Source: an uncultured virus (IMG/VR IMGVR_UViG_3300025131_007349) (taxonomy: Duplodnaviria; Heunggongvirae; Uroviricota; Caudoviricetes). From it: 64,000 nucleotides of DNA. Below, one piece after another: positions 1-10,316 of this stretch. The stretch lies in IMG/VR virus record IMGVR_UViG_3300025131_007349, one strand, 5' to 3'. Numbering within the stretch: the first letter of the stretch is position 1; each line of letters starts with the position of its first letter. The translations under genes and the position numbers were made by a program. The notes beneath the pieces are model-generated. The model did no database searches and was not told where the DNA came from. It saw only the letters and a list, made by a program, of their open reading frames with translations.

Positions 1-1
1 T

Positions 2-199
2 AACGGGACCCCAAAAGTTAAAAAATTTAAATATATCTTAGAATCAGAATCTGTATTTGAGGCAACACAAAGAATGTCTTATTATTTAGCAGAAGACACT
101 AGAGATTCTGAAATCGTGTCTTTAGTTAAAGCGCCTTATGAAGATATTATTCACCCACAACTAACCCCTAAGTATTATACCCAAAAAATAGAAGCGTAG
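2..199 (+). CDS. 3' end of a partial CDS, DUF4494-like small protein
   Basis: Frame 2 is open from the window start (NGTPKVKKFKYILESESVFEATQRM...EIVSLVKAPYEDII...IEA*) and ends at TAG 197-199. The pattern resembles the Bacteroidota DUF4494 family (from memory). Confidence 0.5.
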   Translation, partial: NGTPKVKKFKYILESESVFEATQRMSYYLAEDTRDSEIVSLVKAPYEDIIHPQLTPKYYTQKIEA

Positions 200-242
200 A
201 CCGTTTAAAATAAAGTTTAATTAGACAATAATATAGTTTGAT

Positions 243-272
243 TTTACTGATAGTATTTGTTAGTTTTATAAT
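243..272 (+). promoter_or_regulatory. Putative sigma70-like promoter (TTTACT-18 bp-TATAAT)
   Basis: TTTACT at 243-248 and TATAAT at 267-272 in the intergenic gap before ATG 294. The AT-rich context lowers specificity. Confidence 0.35.
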
Positions 273-293
273 AAAACATTTAAACCTAATATT

Positions 294-1007
294 ATGTCAG
301 AAAACCTTAATAAACTACTATTCTTTAACATCGAAACCGCTGGGATAACTTCTAATCTAACCGAATTAAAAAGAGAATACCCTCTATTATATGATAGTTG
401 GGAGAATAATGTTCTACAATATATAAGAAAATGGTTTACCGAGGACGATAACCTATCGTCTGAAGAAATTTTTATAAAAAGAGCCGCAGGAATACCAGAA
501 TTTGCTAGAATTGTATGCATAAGTGCAGGATTTTTACAAACTGACAATACACCAAAAGTAGAATCCTACTATAATCTAAACGAGAAAGAAATAATAACTA
601 AATTCAAAGGGTTACTAAATAAGGTAGACAATTTAGGATTTAAAATATGTGGTCATGAGATAAAATCATTCTCTATCCCCTGTGTTGCTAAAAGAATGCT
701 TATAAATGGCATAAACCCACCACAAATATTTCCTAATCATGACACCAAACCTTGGGAGATTAGAGCTATAGACACAAAAGATGTTTGGGGTTTTGCTTCA
801 GGCAGAGGCTTATATTCTTTAGATGTTATAACAGCATCTATGGGATTAAAAAAAGAAGAAAAAGAAAAAACAGTTAGTACAGAAAAAACACACCAACTGT
901 ATTGGGAAGTTGAGAATACTGGAGAATGGGAGGCGATAAAAGACAGATGTGAGTCTAACCTTTTAGATGTGATGAGACTAATGTTAAAAATAAAATTATT
1001 GAAGTAA
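294..1007 (+). CDS. PolB-related 3'-5' exonuclease-like protein (DEDDy fold), apparently catalytically degenerate
   Basis: LFFNIET, PEFARIVCISAG, ICGHEIKSFSIP, KPWE..IDT and RCESNL align with the family motifs LFLDIET, EFGKIVCIS, HNxxxFDxP and YCxxDV. The acidic residues are substituted. Confidence 0.75.
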   Translation: MSENLNKLLFFNIETAGITSNLTELKREYPLLYDSWENNVLQYIRKWFTEDDNLSSEEIFIKRAAGIPEFARIVCISAGFLQTDNTPKVESYYNLNEKEIITKFKGLLNKVDNLGFKICGHEIKSFSIPCVAKRMLINGINPPQIFPNHDTKPWEIRAIDTKDVWGFASGRGLYSLDVITASMGLKKEEKEKTVSTEKTHQLYWEVENTGEWEAIKDRCESNLLDVMRLMLKIKLLK

Positions 1008-1013
1008 AATATT

Positions 1014-1625
1014 ATGAATAGTAAGACTAATAAGAAAATGAAAAGTACTTTATCTCAAATAGAAAAGTACGCAAGTGATAATTCTATGAGTGAGGCACCT
1101 ATAGAATTACCAAAAATTTTAGGGATAGACCTAGAAGAATTGGAAAAAACTTCTTTTATAACTGAGGAAGATATTCCAAAAATGGAGGTAAAGTATGTTA
1201 ATAAGTCCAATAACCAAGACCCAGAATACGCACATAAAGATGATAGTGGGTTTGACTTAAGAGCTGACTTAGATGAATCGACCACAATAAATCCACTACA
1301 AAGGAAACTCATCCCTACTGGCCTTTACTTTGAATTACCAGAGAATTATGAATTACAGGTAAGACCTAGAAGTGGGTTAGCTTTAAAACATGGTATAACA
1401 GTTCTTAATACACCAGGTACTGTGGATAGAAGTTATATAGGCGAGATAAAGGTCATACTAATAAATTTAGGTGATGTTCCTTTCATCATAAATCCTGGTG
1501 ATAGGATAGCTCAAGCAGTTTTAAATAATATTGTTAATACTAATTGGGCAAAATATATAAAAGTATCTAAACTAAAAAGTACTGATAGAGACACGGGTGG
1601 TTTTGGAAGTACAGGGATAAAATAA
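1014..1625 (+). CDS. dut: Trimeric dUTPase with an N-terminal extension
   Basis: Canonical motifs SGFDL, RPRSGLA, GTVDRSYIGE, DRIAQ and RDTGGFGSTG. Confidence 0.95.
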   Translation: MNSKTNKKMKSTLSQIEKYASDNSMSEAPIELPKILGIDLEELEKTSFITEEDIPKMEVKYVNKSNNQDPEYAHKDDSGFDLRADLDESTTINPLQRKLIPTGLYFELPENYELQVRPRSGLALKHGITVLNTPGTVDRSYIGEIKVILINLGDVPFIINPGDRIAQAVLNNIVNTNWAKYIKVSKLKSTDRDTGGFGSTGIK

Positions 1626-1629
1626 TATT

Positions 1630-2976
1630 ATGGGATTATCGGTAGTAGTAAGTACAAAGCAGAGAGATGAAGAATATGTTAGACATCTAAAGTCAACATC
1701 TGGGTTAAAAGATATAGAAATTATCATTTATGAAAATCCTGGGAAATATTCTTTAACAGAATTATATAATAAAGGATTAAAAGAGGCAAAAAATAATAAT
1801 ATAGTTTTTTGTCATGATGATTTAATCATTGAAACCAGAGGTTGGGCAAAAAAATTATTAAAATTAAAATCTAATAATCCAGATTATGGGATATTAGGTA
1901 TAGCTGGTACGACTGAACTACCAGAGAATGGTATGTGGTGGACTAATTGGGCCAAGATGATGGGAAGTGTATGGCATACACATGAAGGCAGAACATGGCA
2001 ATCCAAATACTCAGGGATTTTTAAAAATGAAATATTAGATGCTTTATTAGTAGACGGATTATTCTTTTTAGTTGATAGAGATATAATAAAAAAGAAATTT
2101 GATAACTATTTCAAAGGATTTCATTTCTACGAGATAGACTTTTGTGTATCTAACTGGTTAGAAGGTGTTAAAATTGGTGTAAACTTTGAAGTTAAAGTTA
2201 TTCATAAATCAGTAGGTATGGTAAACGATGAATGGCACAAGAATAGATTTATATTTGTCGGTAAACATTTTACTAATCTTCCGATGAAACAAGAAGGGCA
2301 ATTAAAATTTAACACTATAAAACATATAAAAAATAATAAAGTAAAAGTGGGAGTTGTGGTTAATAGTGCATTTGAAGAGGAGGATATAAAAAAACATATA
2401 GAAGATAATTGTACATATAATAACATAGTGTGGTTAGATAGGCCAGAAGATGAAGAGTGTGATTTATATGTATTTTTTAATGAGACAGCACCATTAAATG
2501 ATGTAGTAACTGAATTTGTTAAGATTTACTCAAAAATTAATAAGTGTGGTATTATTACATCAAGAACTCACGGAGAGGATAATAGTATACTAGCGAATGG
2601 TATAGATTTAATGGCTAGAGACGGACAATTAGTAATTAATAAAAATTCACTAAGTAGTTTTTATAATTTTGGTGGTGGATATAAGACAAATACTGTTGGT
2701 TCACAAGGCTATATTATGGGGCTAAGTAAACTCGCTTTAAAGACTATACGTGAGATAGGTACAGACATTACAAATCCAGCTTCTGGATTCCTAATAGGGT
2801 TAAATTTAATTAAATATGGTTATATTAATGTACACTCTGAAGAATCTTGTGGTAGATTATTAGATGAATATGAAGAGTTAAGAGACAATCCAGATTTGGG
2901 TCTTGTAAACCAGTTATTGGGAAGTTACGATTATAAAAGATTTATTAAACAATTTCAGAATGAACAACAAAAGTAA
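1630..2976 (+). CDS. Glycosyltransferase-like protein (GT-A fold, Glyco_tranf_2_5-like) with a degenerate second GT-like domain
   Basis: YNKGL...VFCHDD, GILGIAG, VDGLF and FHFYEIDFC. Confidence 0.75.
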   Translation: MGLSVVVSTKQRDEEYVRHLKSTSGLKDIEIIIYENPGKYSLTELYNKGLKEAKNNNIVFCHDDLIIETRGWAKKLLKLKSNNPDYGILGIAGTTELPENGMWWTNWAKMMGSVWHTHEGRTWQSKYSGIFKNEILDALLVDGLFFLVDRDIIKKKFDNYFKGFHFYEIDFCVSNWLEGVKIGVNFEVKVIHKSVGMVNDEWHKNRFIFVGKHFTNLPMKQEGQLKFNTIKHIKNNKVKVGVVVNSAFEEEDIKKHIEDNCTYNNIVWLDRPEDEECDLYVFFNETAPLNDVVTEFVKIYSKINKCGIITSRTHGEDNSILANGIDLMARDGQLVINKNSLSSFYNFGGGYKTNTVGSQGYIMGLSKLALKTIREIGTDITNPASGFLIGLNLIKYGYINVHSEESCGRLLDEYEELRDNPDLGLVNQLLGSYDYKRFIKQFQNEQQK

Positions 2977-3805
2977 AATAGGCTTAGGGCTCGTAACTTA
3001 TAAAGCAGAACACAGGATATTACAGAGTGCTATTACAGTCCCTGAATGGATAGAAAATTTTGTTATTGTTAATGATGGTACACCGTATACTCCCGAATCT
3101 TACCCAAAACAAGCACACATAATACAACATGAAGTAAATGAATGTGTAGGCAAAAGTAAAAGTGATGCAATGAATTATCTAATAGCAAAAGGGTGTGAAC
3201 ATATATTCATAATGGAAGATGATGTTCTCATAAAAGATGATTCAGTATTTGAAAGATATATAAAGGCTTCAGAAGTTAGTGGTATTAAACATTTAAGTTA
3301 TGCCTTACAAGGTCCCGCTAATAGAAAAGATAGTAAAGGATTTTCTACTTTAGAAGAAAGGGCAGCGACAGACAATTTAAATGAACCAAACCCAAAAACG
3401 GTTCTATATTATGAAAATGATATAAAAGTTGCCCTATATCCAAATTCAGTAGGGGCTTTTTGTTATTATCATAAAGATGTAATTGATAAAGTTGGTGTGT
3501 TCGACCCAATCTTTAAAAATGCTTGGGAACACGTAGAACATAGTTACCAATGTTATAAAAACGGATTTTGTCCGGAATTTTGGTGGTTTCCGGATATATG
3601 GGAAAGCTGGTTATACTTAGAAGACATAGAAAATTGTATAACGGAGAGTACTATCTCTCACACACCAGAATGGCACTTAAATTATAATATAGGGGCTGAA
3701 CATTATAAAAAGAAACACGGTCACTACCCAACAGGGGCACCACAGGTTGATATTGATATTGTGGTAAGGACATTAAATAAAATTAAAAAAGAACACGCAA
3801 AATGA
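2960..3805 (+). CDS. GT2-like glycosyltransferase
   Basis: VIVNDGT, HIFIMEDDV and VGVFDPIF..WEHVEH. Confidence 0.75.
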   Translation: MNNKSKIGLGLVTYKAEHRILQSAITVPEWIENFVIVNDGTPYTPESYPKQAHIIQHEVNECVGKSKSDAMNYLIAKGCEHIFIMEDDVLIKDDSVFERYIKASEVSGIKHLSYALQGPANRKDSKGFSTLEERAATDNLNEPNPKTVLYYENDIKVALYPNSVGAFCYYHKDVIDKVGVFDPIFKNAWEHVEHSYQCYKNGFCPEFWWFPDIWESWLYLEDIENCITESTISHTPEWHLNYNIGAEHYKKKHGHYPTGAPQVDIDIVVRTLNKIKKEHAK

Positions 3806-4620
3806 CAAAAGTAGATTTATCCGATGTTTGTTTTTTAGTACACGTAAGAATAGATACCGTGGCTAGACAACAAAATTTAGAAATTATACAAGAATTTTAT
3901 AGAAAATATGCTGATAATACACAGTTTATTTTTATAGAAGATGATGCTCAGCAAAAGATAACTGAGTCGGTTACTTTAACAGAGAATGATAGTTACATAT
4001 TCCATGAGAACGCAGGAATATACCTTAGACCTAAATGTTATAATATAGCTTCTAGACAAACAGATAGACCAGTAATAGTTTCATTAGATACGGATATAAT
4101 TATCCACCCAAAATATATGAAAATGACAGCGGATAGGCTAATTAATGAAGATAATTTAGCTATCTGTTATCCTTATAATGGTTTATTCTTAAATTTATAT
4201 GAACATACTAAAGAAGAGTTTATGAAAACTTTAGATTATGAAGATTTAATAAAATATAAGCCAGAATCTAAACAAGTTAATTATAGTAATGGCAAGATTT
4301 TTGTTGGTCATTATGATAGTGTAGGGGGTTGTGTATTCTTCAATCATGATAGATACAATAAATTTGGTGGTTATAACCCTATGTTTAAGGGTTGGGGTTA
4401 TGAAGATAATGAGATTACTATAAGAACAAGAGCGTTAGGTTATGATATTAGTAGAGTAATGGATGAAGACGCCATACTCTTCCATCTTCCTCATGACGGA
4501 CCAGGACAATCACCAAAGGCAACCCATGAATTTTATCAAAGTAATGCACAGTTATCAGTTATGACTGAGACTATGACTAAAGAAGAAATGGAACAATTTA
4601 TAACACAATGGGAAGTATAA
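3802..4620 (+). CDS. GT2/GT7-type galactosyltransferase-like protein
   Basis: DTD (DxD) motif and GGYNPMFKGWGYEDNE (GT7 C-terminal signature). ATGA overlap with the upstream gene. Confidence 0.8.
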   Translation: MTKVDLSDVCFLVHVRIDTVARQQNLEIIQEFYRKYADNTQFIFIEDDAQQKITESVTLTENDSYIFHENAGIYLRPKCYNIASRQTDRPVIVSLDTDIIIHPKYMKMTADRLINEDNLAICYPYNGLFLNLYEHTKEEFMKTLDYEDLIKYKPESKQVNYSNGKIFVGHYDSVGGCVFFNHDRYNKFGGYNPMFKGWGYEDNEITIRTRALGYDISRVMDEDAILFHLPHDGPGQSPKATHEFYQSNAQLSVMTETMTKEEMEQFITQWEV

Positions 4621-4621
4621 T

Positions 4622-5404
4622 ATGGTAACAAGTACAGGAATAAAAAATTTTAAGTTAGGTAATTCATTGTTTAATCTAGCTACAGTTATTGGAATTGCGG
4701 AAGCAAATAATGATGTAGTGGTATTACCTGATAACTATAGATTTGTGCCATTTTTTAATATACCAAAAGAGTGGTTAAAAAGCGATATTAGTTTTATAGT
4801 AGAGGAATCTGAAGGGCCTTTTCACTATACCAATATACCTTACACAAAGGATATGAATATAGTTGGATATTTTCAGAGTGAAAAATATTTTGAACATGCT
4901 AAAGATAAAGTACGTGAGATTATAAGTGTGACTGAAGATGTTAAGAAGGGAATACAAGACCAGATTAATATAATTAAATCAGAATATACAATAGCTCTTC
5001 ATGTAAGAAGAGACGATTACCTTAACTACCCTAATATACACCCAACACAGGATTATAACTATTATAAGAAAGCATTAGAATATATTGTTAATAAGACACA
5101 AAGAAATGATATAGAAGTATTCGTATTCTCTGATGATATTCAATGGTGTGTACATAATTTATTTAGTTTAGCACAGACAAATGGGATTAAAAAGGTTAAT
5201 TTTGTTAGCGATAATGAGAATTATGAAGATTTGCATCTAATGTCTCTATGCAATCACCAAGTTATCGCAAATAGTAGTTTTAGTTGGTGGGGAGCATGGT
5301 TGAACACATATAAAGATAAAATTGTAGTTGCACCGAATAATTGGTTTGGCCCACAGGGACCAGACCCTAAAGATTTAGTACCAGAAACATGGAAGAGAAT
5401 ATAA
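4622..5404 (+). CDS. GT11 alpha-1,2-fucosyltransferase-like protein
   Basis: LGNSLF, GYFQSEKYF, HVRRDDY, FSDDIQWC and IANSSFSWWGAWL. Confidence 0.9.
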   Translation: MVTSTGIKNFKLGNSLFNLATVIGIAEANNDVVVLPDNYRFVPFFNIPKEWLKSDISFIVEESEGPFHYTNIPYTKDMNIVGYFQSEKYFEHAKDKVREIISVTEDVKKGIQDQINIIKSEYTIALHVRRDDYLNYPNIHPTQDYNYYKKALEYIVNKTQRNDIEVFVFSDDIQWCVHNLFSLAQTNGIKKVNFVSDNENYEDLHLMSLCNHQVIANSSFSWWGAWLNTYKDKIVVAPNNWFGPQGPDPKDLVPETWKRI

Positions 5405-6240
5405 ATTTACATCAAGCAAAAGTATTTGGTATTGGAGGCAATGACGAACCATCACAAAATTTCCCTAAATACAATAAGAAGGTTTGTATATATTGGGACC
5501 ACATGAATTTAAATAATCCAGCGTTTAAAGATGCTGATATAAGGATTCATATACAAACAGAACCAGAGGCATATAGGAGATTAAGTCCCACTAGTGCTAC
5601 TAATGATTTGTTATTACAAAATCAAGACCTATTTGATATTATACTAACTTGGGACCCAATTTTACTAGAACAAATACCACATACAAAACCCTTCCCATTT
5701 GGCACTTGTTGGATTGACGCTAAGCATGAATTTAGAAAGGAATTTGCTTTATCTTTCTTGCCTGGAGCTAAAAGAATGGACATATTTCCAGGACATAGAC
5801 TTAGATATGAGGTTTTACCACAATTAAATAATTTAATAACAGCAAGCCCTAATAATGTAATAACCAATAATGGATTAAAGTACGATTTATTCCCCCCTAC
5901 AAGTTACCTACCTAAAAAAGACCCTATATTTGACGGTTACCAATTCTCAGTAATAGTAGAAAATTGTTCTACAGACAATTGGTTTACAGAAAAGTTAATA
6001 GATTGTATCGCGTCAAAAACAATACCTTTATATTGTGGAGCACCTAACATTGGAGAATATTTTAATATAGATGGTATTATATCTTTTAGTAGTTGGCCAG
6101 AATTATATGATATAATTAATAATCTGACACCAGAAACTTATGATTCTATGAAGGAAGCGATAGAAGATAACTATAAAAGACATTTTCAGTATTCGGATTT
6201 CTGGGAAAGAGTTAGAAATGAAGTAAAAGAATTATTATAA
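5389..6240 (+). CDS. GT10-like (alpha-1,3/4-fucosyltransferase-like) protein
   Basis: YQFSVIVENCSTDNWFTEKLIDC...TIPLYCGAPNI matches the GT10 GDP-fucose-binding motif. Confidence 0.8.
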   Translation: MEENINLHQAKVFGIGGNDEPSQNFPKYNKKVCIYWDHMNLNNPAFKDADIRIHIQTEPEAYRRLSPTSATNDLLLQNQDLFDIILTWDPILLEQIPHTKPFPFGTCWIDAKHEFRKEFALSFLPGAKRMDIFPGHRLRYEVLPQLNNLITASPNNVITNNGLKYDLFPPTSYLPKKDPIFDGYQFSVIVENCSTDNWFTEKLIDCIASKTIPLYCGAPNIGEYFNIDGIISFSSWPELYDIINNLTPETYDSMKEAIEDNYKRHFQYSDFWERVRNEVKELL

Positions 6241-6968
6241 TGAAAGTATCGATTTGTATACCATCATATGAGGCTAATGGAAGAGGTGTGGAGTTTTTAG
6301 AACATAACTTTAATCTATTTGAAAGACAAACTCATAAAGATATAGAAGTGATTATTTCTGACCATAGTCAGAATGATGAGATAAAAGAATTATGTGATAG
6401 ATGGGAAGATAGATTAGATATTAAATATATTAAAAATTTAGATAATAGAGGCAACTCATCTGCTAATACGAATGTTGCGATGAAAAACGCCTCTGGAGAT
6501 ATAATAAAGATTCTATTCCAAGACGATTTCATTGTTGATGAGACTAGTATAGAAAAAACAGTTAAAGGGTTTGAAAATGAGGCGGTACAATGGTTAGCCT
6601 CTGCTTGTTTACATACAAATGATGATGTTAATAATTTAGGAAGTCCATTTCAACCCAGATTCCATAGAAATATTCAGTATGGCGAGAACACAATGAGTTC
6701 TCCTAGTGTCATATCTGTTAGAAATTTTGAAGAAATTCCTTATTTTGACGAAAATTTAATATGGTTAATGGATGTAGAATATTATAAACAATTACATGAC
6801 GCGTTTGGTGAACCAGGGATTATTAAGGATTATACAGTTGTTAATAGAGCGTGGGGAAACCAAGTGTCAAACAGCATTGTTACAGAAGAAATAAAAATAA
6901 ATGAATTAAATTACGTATTAAAAAAACATCCTAATGAAGATAGCAGTTATAACGTCCGTATTTGGTAA
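6240..6968 (+). CDS. GT2 glycosyltransferase
   Basis: VSICIPSY, VIISDHS, ILFQDDF and FDENL..LMDVEY. Confidence 0.85.
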   Translation: MKVSICIPSYEANGRGVEFLEHNFNLFERQTHKDIEVIISDHSQNDEIKELCDRWEDRLDIKYIKNLDNRGNSSANTNVAMKNASGDIIKILFQDDFIVDETSIEKTVKGFENEAVQWLASACLHTNDDVNNLGSPFQPRFHRNIQYGENTMSSPSVISVRNFEEIPYFDENLIWLMDVEYYKQLHDAFGEPGIIKDYTVVNRAWGNQVSNSIVTEEIKINELNYVLKKHPNEDSSYNVRIW

Positions 6969-7623
6969 CGTACAACAATTACGAACACCACAAACAAAAT
7001 GGGAAGGGGTGGATTATTATGCTTATGTGGATAGAGAATATCCATGTGAAGTATGGAACCAGATAGTTTCACCAGATTTTACTATAGATAAACAATTTAC
7101 TGGTAGAAGAAACGCAAAAATCTATAAGATAATGCCTAATGTTTTTCTACCAGACTATGATTATCATATATGGATGGACCCAACACACGATATCATAGCT
7201 GACCCTAGAGAATTTTGCCCAACTTATCTAAAAGATAATGACATAGCATTATTCAAACACTCAGAAAGAAATTGTCTTTATGATGAAGCAGATATCCTTA
7301 TAGAACTTACGGAGGGGCCTGGTGGAGATTATGATGTTTTAGATAACATTCACAGACAAGTGGAATTTTATAAAGAAGAAGAGTTCCCTAAGGACTTTGG
7401 ATTATTTGAATTATCAGCTAGCATAAGAAAAAATACCCCACAGATACAGACTATGAATTTAAAATGGTGGGAAATTATATGTAGATTCTCTTCTAGAGAC
7501 CAGATAAGTTTACCATTTGTTTTAAATTCTTTAAATATTGATGTAAAAGTACTACCAGGATTTGCTAATAATGGTTTAAGGCAGAATCCTATAATTCCAC
7601 AATTATATTATAAAGGATTTTAA
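6934..7623 (+). CDS. DUF616 / TOD1-MUCI70-like glycosyltransferase-like protein
   Basis: YKIMP..FLPDYDYHIWMD, HSERNCLYDEA and WWEII..SSRDQISLP. Confidence 0.75.
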   Translation: MKIAVITSVFGNVQQLRTPQTKWEGVDYYAYVDREYPCEVWNQIVSPDFTIDKQFTGRRNAKIYKIMPNVFLPDYDYHIWMDPTHDIIADPREFCPTYLKDNDIALFKHSERNCLYDEADILIELTEGPGGDYDVLDNIHRQVEFYKEEEFPKDFGLFELSASIRKNTPQIQTMNLKWWEIICRFSSRDQISLPFVLNSLNIDVKVLPGFANNGLRQNPIIPQLYYKGF

Positions 7624-7624
7624 T

Positions 7625-8296
7625 ATGCCGATATCTAGAGAAAATAATTTAATGTTTATCCATATTCCTAAGAATGCCGGCACCAGCATCCAAGAGAAAT
7701 TTAAAATGGAACAAGCGGGAGGACACCAAACCGCACAACAAATGAGGGGGGAAAACCCCCAAATGTGGGACGAATATAGTTCTTTTTGTGTGGTTAGAAA
7801 TCCTTGGGATAGGATGGTATCTAATTACTACTATTGTTTAGCAGAAAAAAGTTTTTGGTTTGATGTTAATAATGATACAGAAAAATGGAGTTTGGCTGAT
7901 GGAACAGAGATAGAGGGCAAACCACAACACCCATTATATCATCATGTTAAAAATGCTGGGAGTTTTGAAGCGTGGATGCATACGTTTTATACAATAGGTC
8001 ATAGTGGAAAAAGTGGTCCAGAATTTTGGGCTACCCAGAATAGAGGTTATGATAACCAATACGATTATTTAGTTGATGAAGATGGTAAAATAATGGTAGA
8101 CCACATCTTAAGGTATGAAAATTTAAATGAAGACTTCAAAAAGTTTTGTGGTAAGGTAGGGTTACCTAATACAGAATTACCAACGTTAAACCAAAGTAAG
8201 AAAGTAGATTATAGAGATATACATACCCCCTATACACGAGAAATAACAGAGAATGTCTATAAGAAGGAGATAGAATTATTAAATTATAAATTTTAA
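7625..8296 (+). CDS. Sulfotransferase family 2 (carbohydrate sulfotransferase-like)
   Basis: 5'-PSB motif FIHIPKNAGTSI and 3'-PB motif VRNPWDRMVS. Confidence 0.88.
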   Translation: MPISRENNLMFIHIPKNAGTSIQEKFKMEQAGGHQTAQQMRGENPQMWDEYSSFCVVRNPWDRMVSNYYYCLAEKSFWFDVNNDTEKWSLADGTEIEGKPQHPLYHHVKNAGSFEAWMHTFYTIGHSGKSGPEFWATQNRGYDNQYDYLVDEDGKIMVDHILRYENLNEDFKKFCGKVGLPNTELPTLNQSKKVDYRDIHTPYTREITENVYKKEIELLNYKF

Positions 8297-8299
8297 CAT

Positions 8300-9637
8300 A
8301 TGTGTAGTTTTATATTTAGTGCAAAGAAAGAATTAAAACCAGAAGAATTAGGTAGAGCAAATTTCTACCCAAAATTTAGAGGCCCTGATAAAACTAATGC
8401 TGTAAATTTATCAGGATTAATTTTTTTACATAATTTATTAAGTATAACAGGAGAATTTACAATCCAACCCTTTGTAGATAATGAAATAATTTGTTTATAT
8501 AATGGAGAAATATATAACTATGAAGACTTGGGTGATTATAAATCGGATGGGGAGTGTTTAATACCTTTATATAGAAAACATTCATTTGAGTTTGTTAAAA
8601 AATTAGATGGTGAATTTGCTATAGTATTGGTCGATTTAAAACAAAGAAAAGTTTTATTTTCTACTGATACTTTTAAAACTAAACCTATTTTTTATTCTAC
8701 AGGATTAGGAAACTTGGGGTGTGCGTCATATAGTAGTGGATTGGCTGGTTTAGGTCACAGTAATGTACGAAAATTAGAACCAAATACAGCAAAAGTTTTC
8801 GATTTAGATTTAATGATGGAAATAAAATCTTTTAAAATCCACGAATTTGATTTAAACCAACATAAAGATAGTTTTGATGACTGGAGAGAAGCATTTAAAA
8901 AATCTATAGAAAAAAGAACGTATAAGTTAAGAGAAAGAATTTTTATTGGACTTAGTAGTGGATATGACAGTGGTGCAATTGCTTGTGAATTAATAAAACA
9001 AGACATTCCTTTTAAATCATATACAGTAATGGGGACCGAGGATAGAAATATTATAGAACAAAGGAAAAGACTCCTTAAAGATAATGTAGAGTTTGAAGAA
9101 TTATTTAGACATCCACAAGAGTTAAGAGATGCCCATACATACATTGAAAAAAACACCGAAGAGTTTAAATATGTCACGTACTCCAACTCCAGCGACTACA
9201 ATGAATTTTATTTATCGTTAATAGATGATAATGGTGCCAATTCTTTATCATTATTATGTAATCATGCTATTGGAGATGATAAAAAAATTCTATTATCAGG
9301 AATGGGGGCAGATGAACTATTTTCAGATTATGGATTTAATGGCATTAAAAAATATAATCATAGTAATTTTGGTGGATTATTCCCTACTAATTTAGAATCT
9401 ATATTTCCATGGCCTAGCTTCTTTAATAGTACAATGGAGTCTTATTTAGCAAAAGAAGAATATGTAGCGGGAGCTTATGGAATCGAAACAAGATATCCGT
9501 TTTTAGACATAGATGTTGTACAAGAATTTTTATGGTTAACTCCCGAATTAAAAAACAAATATTATAAATCTGTTTTACACGACTATTTAAGTCATAATAA
9601 TTACCCATTTAAGGAGGGAGAAAAAATAGGGTTTTAG
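8300..9637 (+). CDS. Asparagine synthetase-like glutamine amidotransferase (probably sugar amidation)
   Basis: N-terminal MC nucleophile, RGPD, NGEIYN, LDGEFA, LSSGYDS PP-loop, SGMGADE and ETRYPFLD. Confidence 0.85.
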   Translation: MCSFIFSAKKELKPEELGRANFYPKFRGPDKTNAVNLSGLIFLHNLLSITGEFTIQPFVDNEIICLYNGEIYNYEDLGDYKSDGECLIPLYRKHSFEFVKKLDGEFAIVLVDLKQRKVLFSTDTFKTKPIFYSTGLGNLGCASYSSGLAGLGHSNVRKLEPNTAKVFDLDLMMEIKSFKIHEFDLNQHKDSFDDWREAFKKSIEKRTYKLRERIFIGLSSGYDSGAIACELIKQDIPFKSYTVMGTEDRNIIEQRKRLLKDNVEFEELFRHPQELRDAHTYIEKNTEEFKYVTYSNSSDYNEFYLSLIDDNGANSLSLLCNHAIGDDKKILLSGMGADELFSDYGFNGIKKYNHSNFGGLFPTNLESIFPWPSFFNSTMESYLAKEEYVAGAYGIETRYPFLDIDVVQEFLWLTPELKNKYYKSVLHDYLSHNNYPFKEGEKIGF

Positions 9638-9671
9638 TTACTTTATTAAGATATTTTAATACATTTTATAT

Positions 9672-10316
9672 ATGAAAGAAAAAAGCATAGATATAGTTAT
9701 TACCACATATAACAGACCGGATAGATTAACACAAATACTAACCAATCTATCACAGCAGACCAATATGGATTTTAATTTGATAATAAATGATGATGGGGGC
9801 AACGATAGAATCAACCCAACAGATTTTCCAATTATAACAAAATATATTTGGAATGAAGATGATGGGTATCATAGAGTTGGTAGATTTAATGAATCCGTTT
9901 CAATATGTGTGTCACCATATATAATATTATTGGACGATGATTGTATACCACATTTTAGAGAATTTGTGCAAGCACATTTAAATGAATTACAAGATTTTGA
10001 TGCATGTAGAGGGATAGTCCAATTCCCTGATGGTGCTCGTGCTAATTCTTGGTTTAGTACCGCGAATTTAGGCATAAGAAAATCAGTAATTGACAAAATA
10101 GGTTTATTTGACCCTAAGTTTGATGGTCATTATGGTCATGAAGACCAAGATTTAGGGAATAGAATTAAAGAAAATAAGTATGCTGTCACTATGGATGTTG
10201 AACTAACCAGAACTGACCACGGACTAGAGATTTATGCGGATGGTGATAGGTCAGACGCTATAATAGGCCATAATACAAGATATTTTATAGAAAAATGGGG
10301 ATATGACCCAAGATAA
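9672..10316 (+). CDS. GT2 glycosyltransferase
   Basis: IVITTYNRP, INDDGG, ILLDDDC and FDPKFDGHYGHEDQDL. Confidence 0.85.
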   Translation: MKEKSIDIVITTYNRPDRLTQILTNLSQQTNMDFNLIINDDGGNDRINPTDFPIITKYIWNEDDGYHRVGRFNESVSICVSPYIILLDDDCIPHFREFVQAHLNELQDFDACRGIVQFPDGARANSWFSTANLGIRKSVIDKIGLFDPKFDGHYGHEDQDLGNRIKENKYAVTMDVELTRTDHGLEIYADGDRSDAIIGHNTRYFIEKWGYDPR

